58,634 bases of DNA from Armatimonadota bacterium (GTDB lineage: Bacteria; Armatimonadota; Armatimonadia; Armatimonadales; Armatimonadaceae). The position numbers were made by a program, and so were the translations under genes. A model generated the notes under the pieces. It had not been told where the DNA came from. It made no database searches and saw only the letters and a program-made list of their open reading frames with translations. Shown here one piece after another: positions 18,873-29,171 of this stretch. The DNA lies in the NCBI GenBank assembly GCA_043754515.1, contig JAYUUO010000027.1, positions 1 to 58,634 on the forward strand, read 5' to 3'. How positions within the stretch are numbered: the first letter of the stretch is position 1; each line of letters starts with the position of its first letter.

Positions 18873-19727
18873 TTAGTAGTTGCAGCAATCTGTCGGGTAT
18901 TTGCCAGGATTGGTGAACATGTTCGGGGCATCGGGGTCCCATATGACGCCCGCTTTGTTGTAGTTGGTCATCGTCAGGGCGTCAATACGTCCCTGAGTGT
19001 ACAGCGAGCCGGGATTGTCATGCGCGCCCTGGTTCAGCAACGCGTCGCTCCGGTACCATTTCGCGTGCCCGTCTATGAACGCGACGTTGGTGCCCTTCTG
19101 GTGCCGGTCCGAGATGCCGAAGCGTATCCCTTTGCCGTTTATAGCACCTATCCAATAGCCGGACGCGGATGACCCATTCACCCACCGGTCGAAACTGTCC
19201 GCAAACAGAACGGTGCTGGCAGGGTATTTGACGACCGAATCTGTCAGCGGGCGCGGATCATCCGGTACATAGGTCTGCTCATACCAGTTCCAGTAGTAAC
19301 CCAGGTAGGAGTTCATGCCGATCGTGTAGGAGGAGCGTCCGGCCGGCGTCCAACGCCAGTCTACCTCGGTTCGTGCGTTCGCATTCGCACCGTCATTATT
19401 GCCCGAGGGGCAGGTGAATATCGCCTTGCTCTTGACGTAGGGAAAGATTATCCCGGCCCAGGTTGTGTTCATTGTCGCAGCCGCTGAGAAGAATCCGCCC
19501 ATGGCGAGTTCGTGAAGAGTACCGTCATAGTCCTGCATGTATTGTACTTCGGCAAGCCCCAATTGCTTCTGGTTGGACAAACAGGAAGCGGAGCGCGCCT
19601 TGTCGCGGGCCTGGGCGAAGACGGGAAACAGTATAGCGGCGAGGATCGCTATGATTGCGATGACGACGAGTAGCTCGATCAGCGTAAACGCGGAGCGGCG
19701 GTTTAATGACGGATGTACGGACTTCAT
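18873..19727 (-). CDS. Prepilin-type N-methylation domain protein with H-X9-DG motif (DUF1559-like)
   Basis: [29 protein letters not shown]...[42 protein letters not shown]. Confidence 0.95.
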   Translation of the reverse strand: MKSVHPSLNRRSAFTLIELLVVIAIIAILAAILFPVFAQARDKARSASCLSNQKQLGLAEVQYMQDYDGTLHELAMGGFFSAAATMNTTWAGIIFPYVKSKAIFTCPSGNNDGANANARTEVDWRWTPAGRSSYTIGMNSYLGYYWNWYEQTYVPDDPRPLTDSVVKYPASTVLFADSFDRWVNGSSASGYWIGAINGKGIRFGISDRHQKGTNVAFIDGHAKWYRSDALLNQGAHDNPGSLYTQGRIDALTMTNYNKAGVIWDPDAPNMFTNPGKYPTDCCNY

Positions 19728-20029
19728 ATGGTCTAACTCCTTCGACTGGTTACGGTAGCGCGAAGAGCGGACGGCACCATGTGGTGACGCCGACACGCGC
19801 TCCGGCAGGTTGAGTATGAGGTACACAGCAACGGTGCCTTATGTGTGGAATGAGTATATACCGGAGTATGGGTAGTGTCAATATAATTATTTCCGCCGGG
19901 GAACAAGACGCGTGGTTCGGGTGTTGGTGATTCTACATCGGTTGACGAGACCTCGCATCAATTGACAGGATAGGGGGAAGGCGTGTACCCTGTTCTTATT
20001 GCTGAATGCTTAGGAGTGTAATTCCCCTC

Positions 20030-21160
20030 ATGATTTCTCCCCCTCTTTCCCGGCGCGACACGTTGCGCCGGTGGTTCGGCGGCGTCGCGCTCGCCGCGCT
20101 CGTCGGCTCGCCGCTTTTGCTGATCGGTTGTCAGCAGGAGGCCGCGAAGACGGATGCGTCCTCCGCTCCGGCAGGCGCGTCTCCCGCCGTTGTTCCGGGC
20201 GCGTCCCCCGCGACCGGTGCCGCGACTGGCGACAAGGGCGCGTTCCCGCCGAAGCCGGGGGCCGCGTTCAAGATCGGCCTGATCACGCCCGGCTCGGTGA
20301 AGACGGATAGGGACTGGAGCGGTCTTGCGTATGAAGGCGTCCAGCGCGTCGCGAAGGCGACAGGCGCGATGGTGACGCCGCCGGTGGAAGGCCCGGACGC
20401 GGCATCGGTCGCGGGCGCGATCCGCAACCTCGCGCAGGACGGCAACCTGCTGATTTTCTTGCACGGCTCCGAATACGATGAAGCGGCGGCGTCCGTCGCG
20501 CCGGACTTCCCGAAGGCGACATTCGTGGTGGTGGGTGGGCGCAACGTCAAGCCGAACCTGACGCCGATCAATTTCTCGGCGGGCGGCGCGGTCTACCTCG
20601 CGGGCATGGTCGCGGGTAGCATGACGAAATCGAACAAGATCGCCTGCGTCGGCGGCGAGGAGATCCCTATCGTCAAAGAGGCGTTCGCGAACTTCATTGA
20701 CGGCGCGAAGTCGGTGAACCCCAAAGTGGACATTCGCGTCGTGTTCACCGGTAGCGGTAAAGACCAGGCCAAAGCCAAACAGCAGACCGAGGCGTTGCTG
20801 GCGGAGGGCGTGGACGTCGTGCAACATGACGCCGACAATGCGGGGAACGGCGTCGCGCAGGCCATCGCGGGCAAGCCAGGCACGTACTTCCTGGGAGCGA
20901 ACGCCGACCAGAGCGACCTCGCGACCAAGCAGAACCTCGGCTCGTTCGTGCTGGATACCCCGACGGCGTACCTCGCGATGGGCAAGCGCGTCGCGGCGGG
21001 CAAGGGCGACGGCACGGCGATGAAGGCAGGTCTCGCCGAACACGCGGCCTACTTCAAGTTCAACGACAAGTTCGGCGGCATGATCCCGCAAGCCGTGAAA
21101 GTCAAAGTCGCACAAGCCGAGAAGGATATTATCTCGGGAAAAGTCGTCCCCAAGAAATGA
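20030..21160 (+). CDS. BMP-family ABC substrate-binding lipoprotein
   Basis: SRRDTL...LIGC signal, LITPGSV.D..W...AYEG, YLAGMVAG..TKSNKI; first gene of the ABC operon. Confidence 0.9.
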   Translation: MISPPLSRRDTLRRWFGGVALAALVGSPLLLIGCQQEAAKTDASSAPAGASPAVVPGASPATGAATGDKGAFPPKPGAAFKIGLITPGSVKTDRDWSGLAYEGVQRVAKATGAMVTPPVEGPDAASVAGAIRNLAQDGNLLIFLHGSEYDEAAASVAPDFPKATFVVVGGRNVKPNLTPINFSAGGAVYLAGMVAGSMTKSNKIACVGGEEIPIVKEAFANFIDGAKSVNPKVDIRVVFTGSGKDQAKAKQQTEALLAEGVDVVQHDADNAGNGVAQAIAGKPGTYFLGANADQSDLATKQNLGSFVLDTPTAYLAMGKRVAAGKGDGTAMKAGLAEHAAYFKFNDKFGGMIPQAVKVKVAQAEKDIISGKVVPKK

Positions 21161-22770
21161 GGGACGCGTCGGTGATCGGGGGAACGGCTAGCGGCGGCGA
21201 GGCGTCCGTTCCGCTACTGGAAGCGCGGGGGGTGGTCCGGCGATTCGGCGCGTTTACCGCGCTGGACGGGGTTGATTTCTCGGTCGGGGAGGGCGAAATC
21301 GTCGCCCTCCTCGGCGAGAACGGCGCGGGGAAGTCCACGCTGATGAACCTGCTGTCCGGCTCGCTCGCGCCGTCGGCAGGCACGCTTCTGATGGATGGGA
21401 AGCCGGTCCAGTTCGCGTCGCCGACAGACGCGGCGGCGCGGGGGATCGGGATGGTACACCAGCACTTTTTGCTCGTGCCGACCCTGACCGTGACCGAGAA
21501 CCTGCTACTCGGGGCGAGTCGGCGGGCGGGCGGCGCGTTCTCGTACCCGCTCAAGGCGGTGCGCAAGGAGGCGGGGATACTGGCGGGCCGGCTGGGCTGG
21601 ACGATACCCTGGGACACGCTCGCGGGGGAGTTGCCGGTCGGAACGCAACAGCGGGTGGAGATTCTGAAGGCGTTGCGCGGGCAGACGCGGGTGCTGATCT
21701 TCGACGAGCCGACGGCGGTTCTCACGCCGACCGAGACGCCCGAGTTGTTCGGCACGATCCGCCGCCTCGCGCACGAGGGGCGCGGCATCGTTTTTATTTC
21801 GCACAAACTGGATGAAGTGCTCGCGCTGTCGGAGCGGGTGGCTGTGTTACGGCGGGGCAGGATCGTCTTCACGGGCGCGACTTCGGCGGTGAGCAAGGGG
21901 ATGCTCGCCGAAGCGATGGTCGGCAAAGGCTCGGACGCGGCGGGATTGCTGGCGACAGTCGGCGAGTCAATTTCTCTCTCCGCCCCTCCGCCCGGCGGAG
22001 ATGGGAGGGCGGCGAGGGCGGGCGAGGGTATGACCGTATCAAGCGTCACCCTGCGCCGACCTGGTGCCCCGCGCCCGCTCCTGGATGACATTTCTTTCTC
22101 GGTCGCGGCGGGCGAGATTTTCGGGATCGCGGGTGTGGACGGCAACGGGCAGGAGGAGCTAGCGGGCGTCCTTTCGGGCCTCCTGAAACCTACAAAAGGC
22201 GGTGTCACCGTGGGCGGGGTCGCGCCCGGCCCGGACGCGGCGTCGTTCCGCGCGGCGCGAGTCGCGGTGATCCCCGCCGACCGTCAGGCACGCGGTCTCG
22301 CCATGCCGTTCACGGTCACTGAGAATATCGCGCTCGGGGTTTACGACGACGCCCGGTATCGGCGCGGGCCGTTCCTGCTCGGCGACAAACTACGCCGCCG
22401 CGCCGATGATTTGATCCGCCGCTTCGACATCCGCGCGTCCGGTGCCAACTCGCTGGTGAGTGATCTTTCGGGTGGGAATCAGCAGAAGGTGGTCATCGCG
22501 CGCGCGCTCGGGGGCGACCCGCGCGTGGTAATCGCCGTGAACCCGACGCGTGGCTTGGACGTCGGGGCCATCGCGTACGTTCACGACGCCCTGCGGCAGG
22601 CGCAAGCGGGCGGCGCGGCGGTGGTGCTGATCTCCACCGAACTGTCCGAAGTGCTGACACTCGCCACCCGCGCCGTGGCCGTCCTGTACGAGGGTCGGTT
22701 TACTGGCGTCGTGTCGCCGGACACGCCGAGGGAGCGGATCGGTTTGCTGATGGGGGGCAGGGGCGAATGA
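21157..22770 (+). CDS. CUT2/nucleoside ABC transporter ATPase (two NBDs)
   Basis: GENGAGKST, GIGMVHQHF, FDEPTAVL, GVDGNGQ, LSGGNQQK, NPTRGLDVGA. Confidence 0.95.
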   Translation: MRDASVIGGTASGGEASVPLLEARGVVRRFGAFTALDGVDFSVGEGEIVALLGENGAGKSTLMNLLSGSLAPSAGTLLMDGKPVQFASPTDAAARGIGMVHQHFLLVPTLTVTENLLLGASRRAGGAFSYPLKAVRKEAGILAGRLGWTIPWDTLAGELPVGTQQRVEILKALRGQTRVLIFDEPTAVLTPTETPELFGTIRRLAHEGRGIVFISHKLDEVLALSERVAVLRRGRIVFTGATSAVSKGMLAEAMVGKGSDAAGLLATVGESISLSAPPPGGDGRAARAGEGMTVSSVTLRRPGAPRPLLDDISFSVAAGEIFGIAGVDGNGQEELAGVLSGLLKPTKGGVTVGGVAPGPDAASFRAARVAVIPADRQARGLAMPFTVTENIALGVYDDARYRRGPFLLGDKLRRRADDLIRRFDIRASGANSLVSDLSGGNQQKVVIARALGGDPRVVIAVNPTRGLDVGAIAYVHDALRQAQAGGAAVVLISTELSEVLTLATRAVAVLYEGRFTGVVSPDTPRERIGLLMGGRGE

Positions 22771-23936
22771 TTCGGTCGTTGCGCGACACGCTTTTGCTTC
22801 TGTTATGCTTCGCCGCCGGTGTGCTGACGCTCGCCGCGATCACGCGGGGCGCGGGCGCTTCCCCGGTGGCAGTCGCCGCCGCGCTCTATAAGGGCGCGTT
22901 CGGCTCGCGCTACAACCTCGCCGAAACGATGATCCAGGCGACCCCGCTCCTGCTCACGGGGCTTGCGGTCGCGGTCGCGTTCCGGTGTCGCCTATTCAAC
23001 ATCGGTGCGGAGGGGCAACTACTCGTCGGCGCGATGGCGGCGGTGGGCGTCGGCACCCGCCACCTGCCGGTGTCGGTGCAACTCGTCGCTTGTCTAATCG
23101 CGGGGGCGGCGGCGGGCGCGCTCTGGGCGGGGATCGCCGCAGTGCTGAAGATATATCGCGGCGTGCAGGAGGTATTAACAACTCTGCTGCTGAACTTCGT
23201 CGCCGTGCAATTTCTCGCATACGCCGTGCGCGGGCCGCTCCAGGAAGCCGCCGGATACTCGCCGCACTCGGACAAGATCGCGATCCCCGCGCGCCTCGCT
23301 CTGCTCCAACCCCACTTCGGTGACCTGCCCGCGACGCGGCTGCACGCGGGGGTGTACATCGCGCTGTTCGCCACATTTTGTCTGTGGGGCTACCTGCGCT
23401 TCACTGCGTCGGGGTTCGCGCTCCGGGCGGTTGGGGCGGGCGCGGGCGCGGCGGAACTCGCCGGAATCCCGGTGCGCCGGACCATCATCCAGACGTTCCT
23501 GCTGTCGGGTGCGCTCGCCGGGCTAGCCGGTGCCGTGCAGGTGTGCGGCGTCACCTACTTCCTATCCGACCCGTACTCGCCCGGCTACGGCTATACCGCC
23601 ATCGCGGTCGCGCTACTGGCGAACCAATCGCCGGGCTGGATCATCGTTTCCGCGCTGTTCTTCGGCGCGCTCACGGCCGGCTCGTCGTCGGTACAAACGG
23701 CGGGTGTGTCGCCGGTCGTGATCCAGATGATGCAGGCGGTGGTGCTGTTCTCCCTGCTGGCGTTCGGCTACCTGCGCGGGCGGAACTTCGGCGGCGTGGG
23801 CACCGCGAGAGTCGCGAGTGCCGGGGAGAATACGGGCATTCCGGGCGCGGGTGGCGCGGCGAACGGTGACGACAGGTCGGGTACCGCGAACAGTGCCCGC
23901 GCGACGGAAGGCGAAGGCGGGTCGCCCCATGCTTAA
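22767..23936 (+). CDS. Nucleoside-type ABC permease
   Basis: LFNIGAEGQ, EVLTTLLLN, GYGYTAIAVALL. Confidence 0.93.
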   Translation: MIRSLRDTLLLLLCFAAGVLTLAAITRGAGASPVAVAAALYKGAFGSRYNLAETMIQATPLLLTGLAVAVAFRCRLFNIGAEGQLLVGAMAAVGVGTRHLPVSVQLVACLIAGAAAGALWAGIAAVLKIYRGVQEVLTTLLLNFVAVQFLAYAVRGPLQEAAGYSPHSDKIAIPARLALLQPHFGDLPATRLHAGVYIALFATFCLWGYLRFTASGFALRAVGAGAGAAELAGIPVRRTIIQTFLLSGALAGLAGAVQVCGVTYFLSDPYSPGYGYTAIAVALLANQSPGWIIVSALFFGALTAGSSSVQTAGVSPVVIQMMQAVVLFSLLAFGYLRGRNFGGVGTARVASAGENTGIPGAGGAANGDDRSGTANSARATEGEGGSPHA

Positions 23937-24819
23937 TCAGGGCCTTATCGGGCAGACCCTAACCGCGTCCACGCCGGTGCTACTCGCCGCGCTGGGGGGG
24001 CTTTGGGGCGAGCGGGTGGGCGTGATCAACATCGGGCTGGAGGGCCTGATGGTGCTCGGCGCGTTGACCGCGGTCGTGGTCGGCGTCGCCACCGGCTCGC
24101 CGCTCCTCGCGGTGCTCGCCGCGTCGCTCGCGGGGCTAGCCGGTGCCGCGCTGTTCGGCCTGTTCGCGGTCGTGCTACGGCGCGACCAGGTTATCGTTGG
24201 CACGACGCTGAACTTCCTCGCGCTGGGTCTGACGGGGGTCTGGTACCGCGCGTGGCTCGACGGGCCGGGCGCGGGCAAGACCGCGCCGGTACTTCCGGTA
24301 CTCTGGGGGAGCGGCGCGGGCGGCCTGAACGCGCTCACGATCTTCGCGCTACTTCTCGCCCCGGCGGCCCATTACCTGCTGTTCCGCACGCGCGTCGGAC
24401 TGATAGTTCGCGCGTCGGGCGAAGTGCCGGCGGCGGCGGCGGCGGCGGGCGCGCGGGTACAAACGCTTCGCTTCGTGGTCACGCTCGCGGTCGGCGCATT
24501 GTGTGGACTTGGCGGGGCGGCACTCGCCATCGGCATCGGGAACTCGTTCACGGAGGGCATCACGAACGGACGCGGGTTCGTCGCGCTCGCCGTGATCGTT
24601 TTCGGGCGCTGGAACCCGCTCGGCGCGCTCGGCGCGGCACTCCTGTTCGCCGCCGCTGACACGCTACAACTCACCCTACAAGCGAAGAACCTGTTCCCGC
24701 ATGTGCCATACCCGCTGTTTCTCGCCGTACCGTATGTGCTGACGCTGGTCGCACTCGCGGTGCGCGGGGCGAAGGGAAAGGCACCGGCGGCACTTGGGGT
24801 TGCGTACGAACGGCAGTGA
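23929..24819 (+). CDS. Nucleoside-type ABC permease
   Basis: ERVGVINIGLEG, GRGFVALAVIVFGRWNP, PYVLT. Confidence 0.93.
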   Translation: MLNQGLIGQTLTASTPVLLAALGGLWGERVGVINIGLEGLMVLGALTAVVVGVATGSPLLAVLAASLAGLAGAALFGLFAVVLRRDQVIVGTTLNFLALGLTGVWYRAWLDGPGAGKTAPVLPVLWGSGAGGLNALTIFALLLAPAAHYLLFRTRVGLIVRASGEVPAAAAAAGARVQTLRFVVTLAVGALCGLGGAALAIGIGNSFTEGITNGRGFVALAVIVFGRWNPLGALGAALLFAAADTLQLTLQAKNLFPHVPYPLFLAVPYVLTLVALAVRGAKGKAPAALGVAYERQ

Positions 24820-24885
24820 ACATCTACCTTTGGAACGGGGTAGATTTGAGTTCTCTCGATGAACTAAAGGTGTGACACTCCCGAC

Positions 24886-25407
24886 TTACAGTTCGTCGGT
24901 GAGATTTGGCTGTTTCAGCTGTAGGATGTACTGGATCGGCATGTACAGGTGATTCGGGTCGTCTAGAAACGTCGCGAAGCCAAAATCCAAACTCAAGTAC
25001 CAATCCCGCGCCCGTGCGTCGAGGGCATCGAGCGTGAGCGCGTAAATACCGACAGTACGCGATGCTAGGGCGGTTTCATACATCGCCCGCAATACCATCC
25101 GCTTACCCAAGCCTTGCCCTTGCGCGTCCTTGTTGACGGCAAGCCGCGCCAGTAAAACCACGCCCACCGGGTTACTGGCGGGTAATTTCTTGTTCGGGAT
25201 GGTCGCGCCCCCGACAGCACTGGTGACGAGCGTATAGCAACAGAGCACTTTGCCATCGCTACGTTCAGCCGCGATAATATGCGTCACCCCCAGGTTGCAG
25301 TCAGCGTTCTGGCGGGCCTAGCGTTGCAGAAAATCATTGAGTGGAGCGGACCCGCAATCGAACCCTTTACGATCATGGTGGCTGGAGAGCAGTTCGACGA
25401 AGGGCAC
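24886..25407 (-). pseudogene. GNAT acetyltransferase toxin (TacT/AtaT-like) with an in-frame TAG at codon 30
   Basis: GTG 25407: MPFVELLSSHHDRKGFDCGSAPLNDFLQR*ARQN...LLARLAV...QGQGLG...LDA; TAG at 25318-25320. Confidence 0.88.
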
Positions 25408-25410
25408 CTG

Positions 25411-25731
25411 TTAATCGCCTGATCCGGCGGCGTCAGCGTGCCGTCGTTCATACCCCGAGACAGCCAAGATTAGCCCCGCTGTCGGCGGTTTAGCAGGCCC
25501 ATCAACGGCTTCCACAAAGGCGGCGAAATCACGCTCGGACAGGACAATACGCTCGTGGCGGGCGAGGATTTCTTCGGCGCGTGTCGAGATCGCCTCTTCC
25601 GTGAAATGCGTAATGCTTTGCCCTATGACGCGGGCGGCTTGTTCGGCACGGCTCTTGGTCACCGGGCTAACGCGGCAACTCAGCCGGACGCTCGTAGTTC
25701 GTTTGCCGGTTCGGGGGGCGGCAATACTCAT
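25411..25731 (-). CDS. DUF1778 / TacA-like RHH antitoxin
   Basis: RLSCRVSP..K...EQAA...GQSITHF...AEEIL....I.LSERDFAAF; directly upstream of the GNAT gene. Confidence 0.9.
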   Translation of the reverse strand: MSIAAPRTGKRTTSVRLSCRVSPVTKSRAEQAARVIGQSITHFTEEAISTRAEEILARHERIVLSERDFAAFVEAVDGPAKPPTAGLILAVSGYERRHADAAGSGD

Positions 25732-25928
25732 GATATTTCCCCCTTATCAGAACGGCACTCACGGTAGCATACCGACGAATGAGGTGGGTATCAATGTGAC
25801 ACCCGTTAATACCACGCGACTCGGAAGGAGTGTCACCTTTTCGGCTCCGATGTGTTCATGTTCTGAACCCGCGATGTTGAGGCCCGCCGAGTCCGGGTCC
25901 CGCCGCGCAAGTGGTACAATGCGGGACC

Positions 25929-26948
25929 GTGGCTAATCCGACCGCTTCGCGCCTCCTCCTCGTTAAACTTTCCTCGCTCGGCGATGTGGTACATGCCCTG
26001 CCGCTCGCGCAAGCCCTGCGCGCGGGACTCGCGCCCGACGCCGTGATCGCATGGGCGGTCGGCGAATCGTTCGCGCCGCTACTGGAAGCGAATCCCTACC
26101 TTTCGTGGACGCACGTCCTGCCGTCGAAGGGACCGCGCGACCTGTGGGATTTTGGCCAGGTTCTGCGCCCGTATGACTACGACACCGCGCTCGACGCGCA
26201 GGGCCTTTTCGTGTCCGGCGCGGTGACACTCTCTTCCGGGGCGAGGCGGCGCGTCGGCTTCGACGGGGGGCGCGAGGGGAACCGTTTTTTTCTGACCGAC
26301 CCCATCGTGCCGAACACGGAGCGGATACACGTCGTCGAGCGGTTGCTCGGATTCTGCGAAGCGGTGAACGTGCCGCGTCCGGCGAAGATCGAGGCGCAGA
26401 CATGGCTCGCCGGTGCCGATGTTTCCGCGCTTCTGGAACCGGCGCGGCGCGGGGGCGCGCCGCTGGTCGGGTGCGTCGTCGGCGCGTCGGTGGCGAGTAA
26501 ATCGTGGACGAGTGAGCGATGGGCGGCGTGTGTGCGCCTGCTGGCTGACGCGGGTGTGCGCCCGGTCCTGCTCGGCTCGCCGGGGGAGGCGGGGGCGGCG
26601 GAGGTGGTGGAGCGCATCGCTGGGGACGCGACCGGGGCGAATTTGGTCGGCAAAACCAGCCTGCCCGAGCTCGCGTCGGTGCTAGCGGGGTGCGCGGTGG
26701 TCGTTGGTCCTGACTCGGGAGCCACACATCTGGCGGTTGCTGTCGGGGTCCCGGTTGTGGGTCTGTATGGGGTGACCGACCCGGCGAGAACAGGCCCCGA
26801 TTGGGGACCCGCCCGCAGCATCGTGCTCGACTACGCGATAGACGACGCGCCGCCGGAGACACGCCGCCCGCGCCACCCGACCCTGCCGGACGCCCTGGCG
26901 CGAATACCCCCGCAAGCCGTCGCCGACGCCGTGCTCCGCCTGATATAG
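25929..26948 (+). CDS. GT9 glycosyltransferase (WaaC-like heptosyltransferase)
   Basis: LLVKLSSLGDVVHALP, DAQGL, GKTSLPEL, GPDSGATHLA, LYGVTDP; TGGTACAAT promoter at 25912-25920. Confidence 0.9.
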   Translation: MANPTASRLLLVKLSSLGDVVHALPLAQALRAGLAPDAVIAWAVGESFAPLLEANPYLSWTHVLPSKGPRDLWDFGQVLRPYDYDTALDAQGLFVSGAVTLSSGARRRVGFDGGREGNRFFLTDPIVPNTERIHVVERLLGFCEAVNVPRPAKIEAQTWLAGADVSALLEPARRGGAPLVGCVVGASVASKSWTSERWAACVRLLADAGVRPVLLGSPGEAGAAEVVERIAGDATGANLVGKTSLPELASVLAGCAVVVGPDSGATHLAVAVGVPVVGLYGVTDPARTGPDWGPARSIVLDYAIDDAPPETRRPRHPTLPDALARIPPQAVADAVLRLI

Positions 26949-26960
26949 TGAGAATCGTTT

Positions 26961-29171
26961 ATGTCTGACGCCGAACCGAAGCGGATCCTCGCGGTAAATC
27001 TCAACTACCTCGGCGACGCGCTCTTCACTACGCCCGCCCTGTCCGCGTTGCATTCCTGTTTCCCGGATGCCCGGATGGACGTCCTCGCCGGGGAGCGGGC
27101 GGCGGCGATGCTTGCGGGCGACCCCGCCATCTCGAGCCTACTGGTACGCCCGCCGCACCGGGGCGTGGAACGCGCCACCGCTTTGCGCCGGACACTCGCT
27201 TCGGGCGGCTATGACGCCGTGATTCTGTTCCAGAGCACGCTCTCGAACGCCCTGATGACATTCCTACAAAACGTCCCGCGCCGCGTCGGGTTCGCGCAGG
27301 ATGCCTGTGGGCCGTTCCTGACGCACCCGGTCGCCGAGCGGGAACCCGGTGAACATATCGTGGACGCGTATCTGCGCCTCGCCGGCGTACTGACCGGCGA
27401 CGAAATCGCCGGGCGCGTCGCCGCCGAGGGGTTGCGGATCACGCTGTCGGAGAGTGATATCGCGTTCGCCGTGAGTCTTTTAGAGGAGGCGCGGTCGGGC
27501 ACGGGGCCGGTCATTGGCTTAGTCATCGGCGCGACCCGGGCGCAGAAACGCTGGTCTGAGGAGTATTTCGCGCGGCTCGCCGAACTGCTGTACCGGCGTC
27601 TCGGCGCGTCCATTTTGTTGCTGGGGGGGCCGGACGAATACCCGTCCGCGCGGCGCATCGCGGAGATGTGCCGCGTCCCGCTCCACTCCGCGATCGGGAA
27701 GACCACGGAAAAGCAGCTCGCGGCCGTCTCGGCGCGGCTGAGCGCGATCGTGTCGGGTGACTCGGGGCCGCTGCACATCGCGACAGCGGTTCGCACGCCG
27801 GTGGTCGCGCTTTTCGGCTCGACGGATCCCGCCGACACCGGACCCTGGCAACCGGCGGGGGGGGATAGGGTACCCGCGATCACGCTGTATGATCACTTCG
27901 GTTGCGCGCCGTGTCGCAAGACCCCGACCTGCGGCGGGACGTTCGACTGTCTGTGGACGCTGACTCCGGACCGGGTCCTCGACGCCGTGTATGAGTTGAT
28001 CGGGGGTGGGGCGGCAACACCCTACCGCCCGCTCCCGATGGGGGCCGGGCGCGGCGGAAAGGTGGACGCGCTGGTCGGTGCCGAAGAATCGTTGCGTCCG
28101 CCGTCCGGGGCGGCGGAGATGGGTTCCGCGCAAGTGGCGTCGAGGCCCGTCAGCCCACCCCGCTCCCTGCTCGTGATCACCAAGCACCACTTCATGGGCG
28201 ACGCCATTGTCGCTGTGCCACTCCTGCGGGCGGCGCGTCGGGCGTTTGGGGACGCGACGCATATTTCGGTGCTCACGGGGGCGGCGGCGGCGACTGTGCT
28301 GGAGGGTTGCCCCTACGCGAACCAGGTAGTCGCCTATAACCCGAAGGTAGAACGTGGTTATCTGCGCCAGATGCGGTTCATGCGCGAGGTGCAGGAGACG
28401 ACACCCGAGATGTGTCTGGTGGTAGATCGCTCCTTCCGCTCGGCGGTGCTAGCCGCGACCACGGGCGCGGGTACTCGGGCGGGGTTCGCCGTGGAATACC
28501 GCTCCGCGCTTCTGACGCACCCCGTCGCCTATAATCTGGACCGCCGCGAGATCGAGTGTTGCCTGGACGTGCTACGGGCGGTGGTGCCTGACGCGCCGGG
28601 AGAGAGGCGCTACGATCCCGCGCCGGAACTATGGATTACGGATGCCGAGCGGGAGCGGGGGGAGTCCCTCTTGGAGGCGGCGGGCGCGGGCGATTTCCCG
28701 ACGCTGATCGGCATCCAGCCCGGCGCGACGTTCGCGGTTAAACAGTGGGATACCGCGCGGTTCGCGGCGGTGGCGGACGCGCTGGCGGGTGCCGACGACG
28801 CGGCAATCGTGCTGATCGGGGGCGCGAGTGAAGCGGAGACCGCGCGCCGAATGAGCGAGTTGGTATCGCCGCGTACCCCGGTGTTCGACCTGACGGGCGC
28901 GACCACGCTCCGCGAGACGATGGCGGTGCTGGCACGGATGTCGCTGTTCATCAGCAACGACACGGGGGTGGCTCACATCGCGGCGGGTCTGCGAATCCCG
29001 CTCGTGACGCTGTTCGGGGCGACCATCGCGCACAAGTGGGGCAACTACGGGCCGTACAATGCCGTGATCCGTGCCGATGACAACGACCTGTCCCGTCTGC
29101 CCGTCGCACAAGTAACGCTGGCGGCGGCGCGGATTTTGAGCAAGATCCACCGCGAGGCCGCCGGAGCGTGA
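26961..29171 (+). CDS. Tandem double GT9 glycosyltransferase (two WaaF-like units fused)
   Basis: Unit 1: LNYLGDALF...SGDSGPLHIA...FGSTDP. Unit 2: HFMGDAIV...SNDTGVAHIA...LFGAT. Confidence 0.9.
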   Translation: MSDAEPKRILAVNLNYLGDALFTTPALSALHSCFPDARMDVLAGERAAAMLAGDPAISSLLVRPPHRGVERATALRRTLASGGYDAVILFQSTLSNALMTFLQNVPRRVGFAQDACGPFLTHPVAEREPGEHIVDAYLRLAGVLTGDEIAGRVAAEGLRITLSESDIAFAVSLLEEARSGTGPVIGLVIGATRAQKRWSEEYFARLAELLYRRLGASILLLGGPDEYPSARRIAEMCRVPLHSAIGKTTEKQLAAVSARLSAIVSGDSGPLHIATAVRTPVVALFGSTDPADTGPWQPAGGDRVPAITLYDHFGCAPCRKTPTCGGTFDCLWTLTPDRVLDAVYELIGGGAATPYRPLPMGAGRGGKVDALVGAEESLRPPSGAAEMGSAQVASRPVSPPRSLLVITKHHFMGDAIVAVPLLRAARRAFGDATHISVLTGAAAATVLEGCPYANQVVAYNPKVERGYLRQMRFMREVQETTPEMCLVVDRSFRSAVLAATTGAGTRAGFAVEYRSALLTHPVAYNLDRREIECCLDVLRAVVPDAPGERRYDPAPELWITDAERERGESLLEAAGAGDFPTLIGIQPGATFAVKQWDTARFAAVADALAGADDAAIVLIGGASEAETARRMSELVSPRTPVFDLTGATTLRETMAVLARMSLFISNDTGVAHIAAGLRIPLVTLFGATIAHKWGNYGPYNAVIRADDNDLSRLPVAQVTLAAARILSKIHREAAGA

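Noticed and set aside
19958..21115. Long antisense or alternative-frame ORFs (also 52304..53446, 14044..14790, 41836..43044, 25963..26862)
   Set aside because: These are Arg/Pro-rich shadow frames of well-supported genes, as expected in high-GC DNA.
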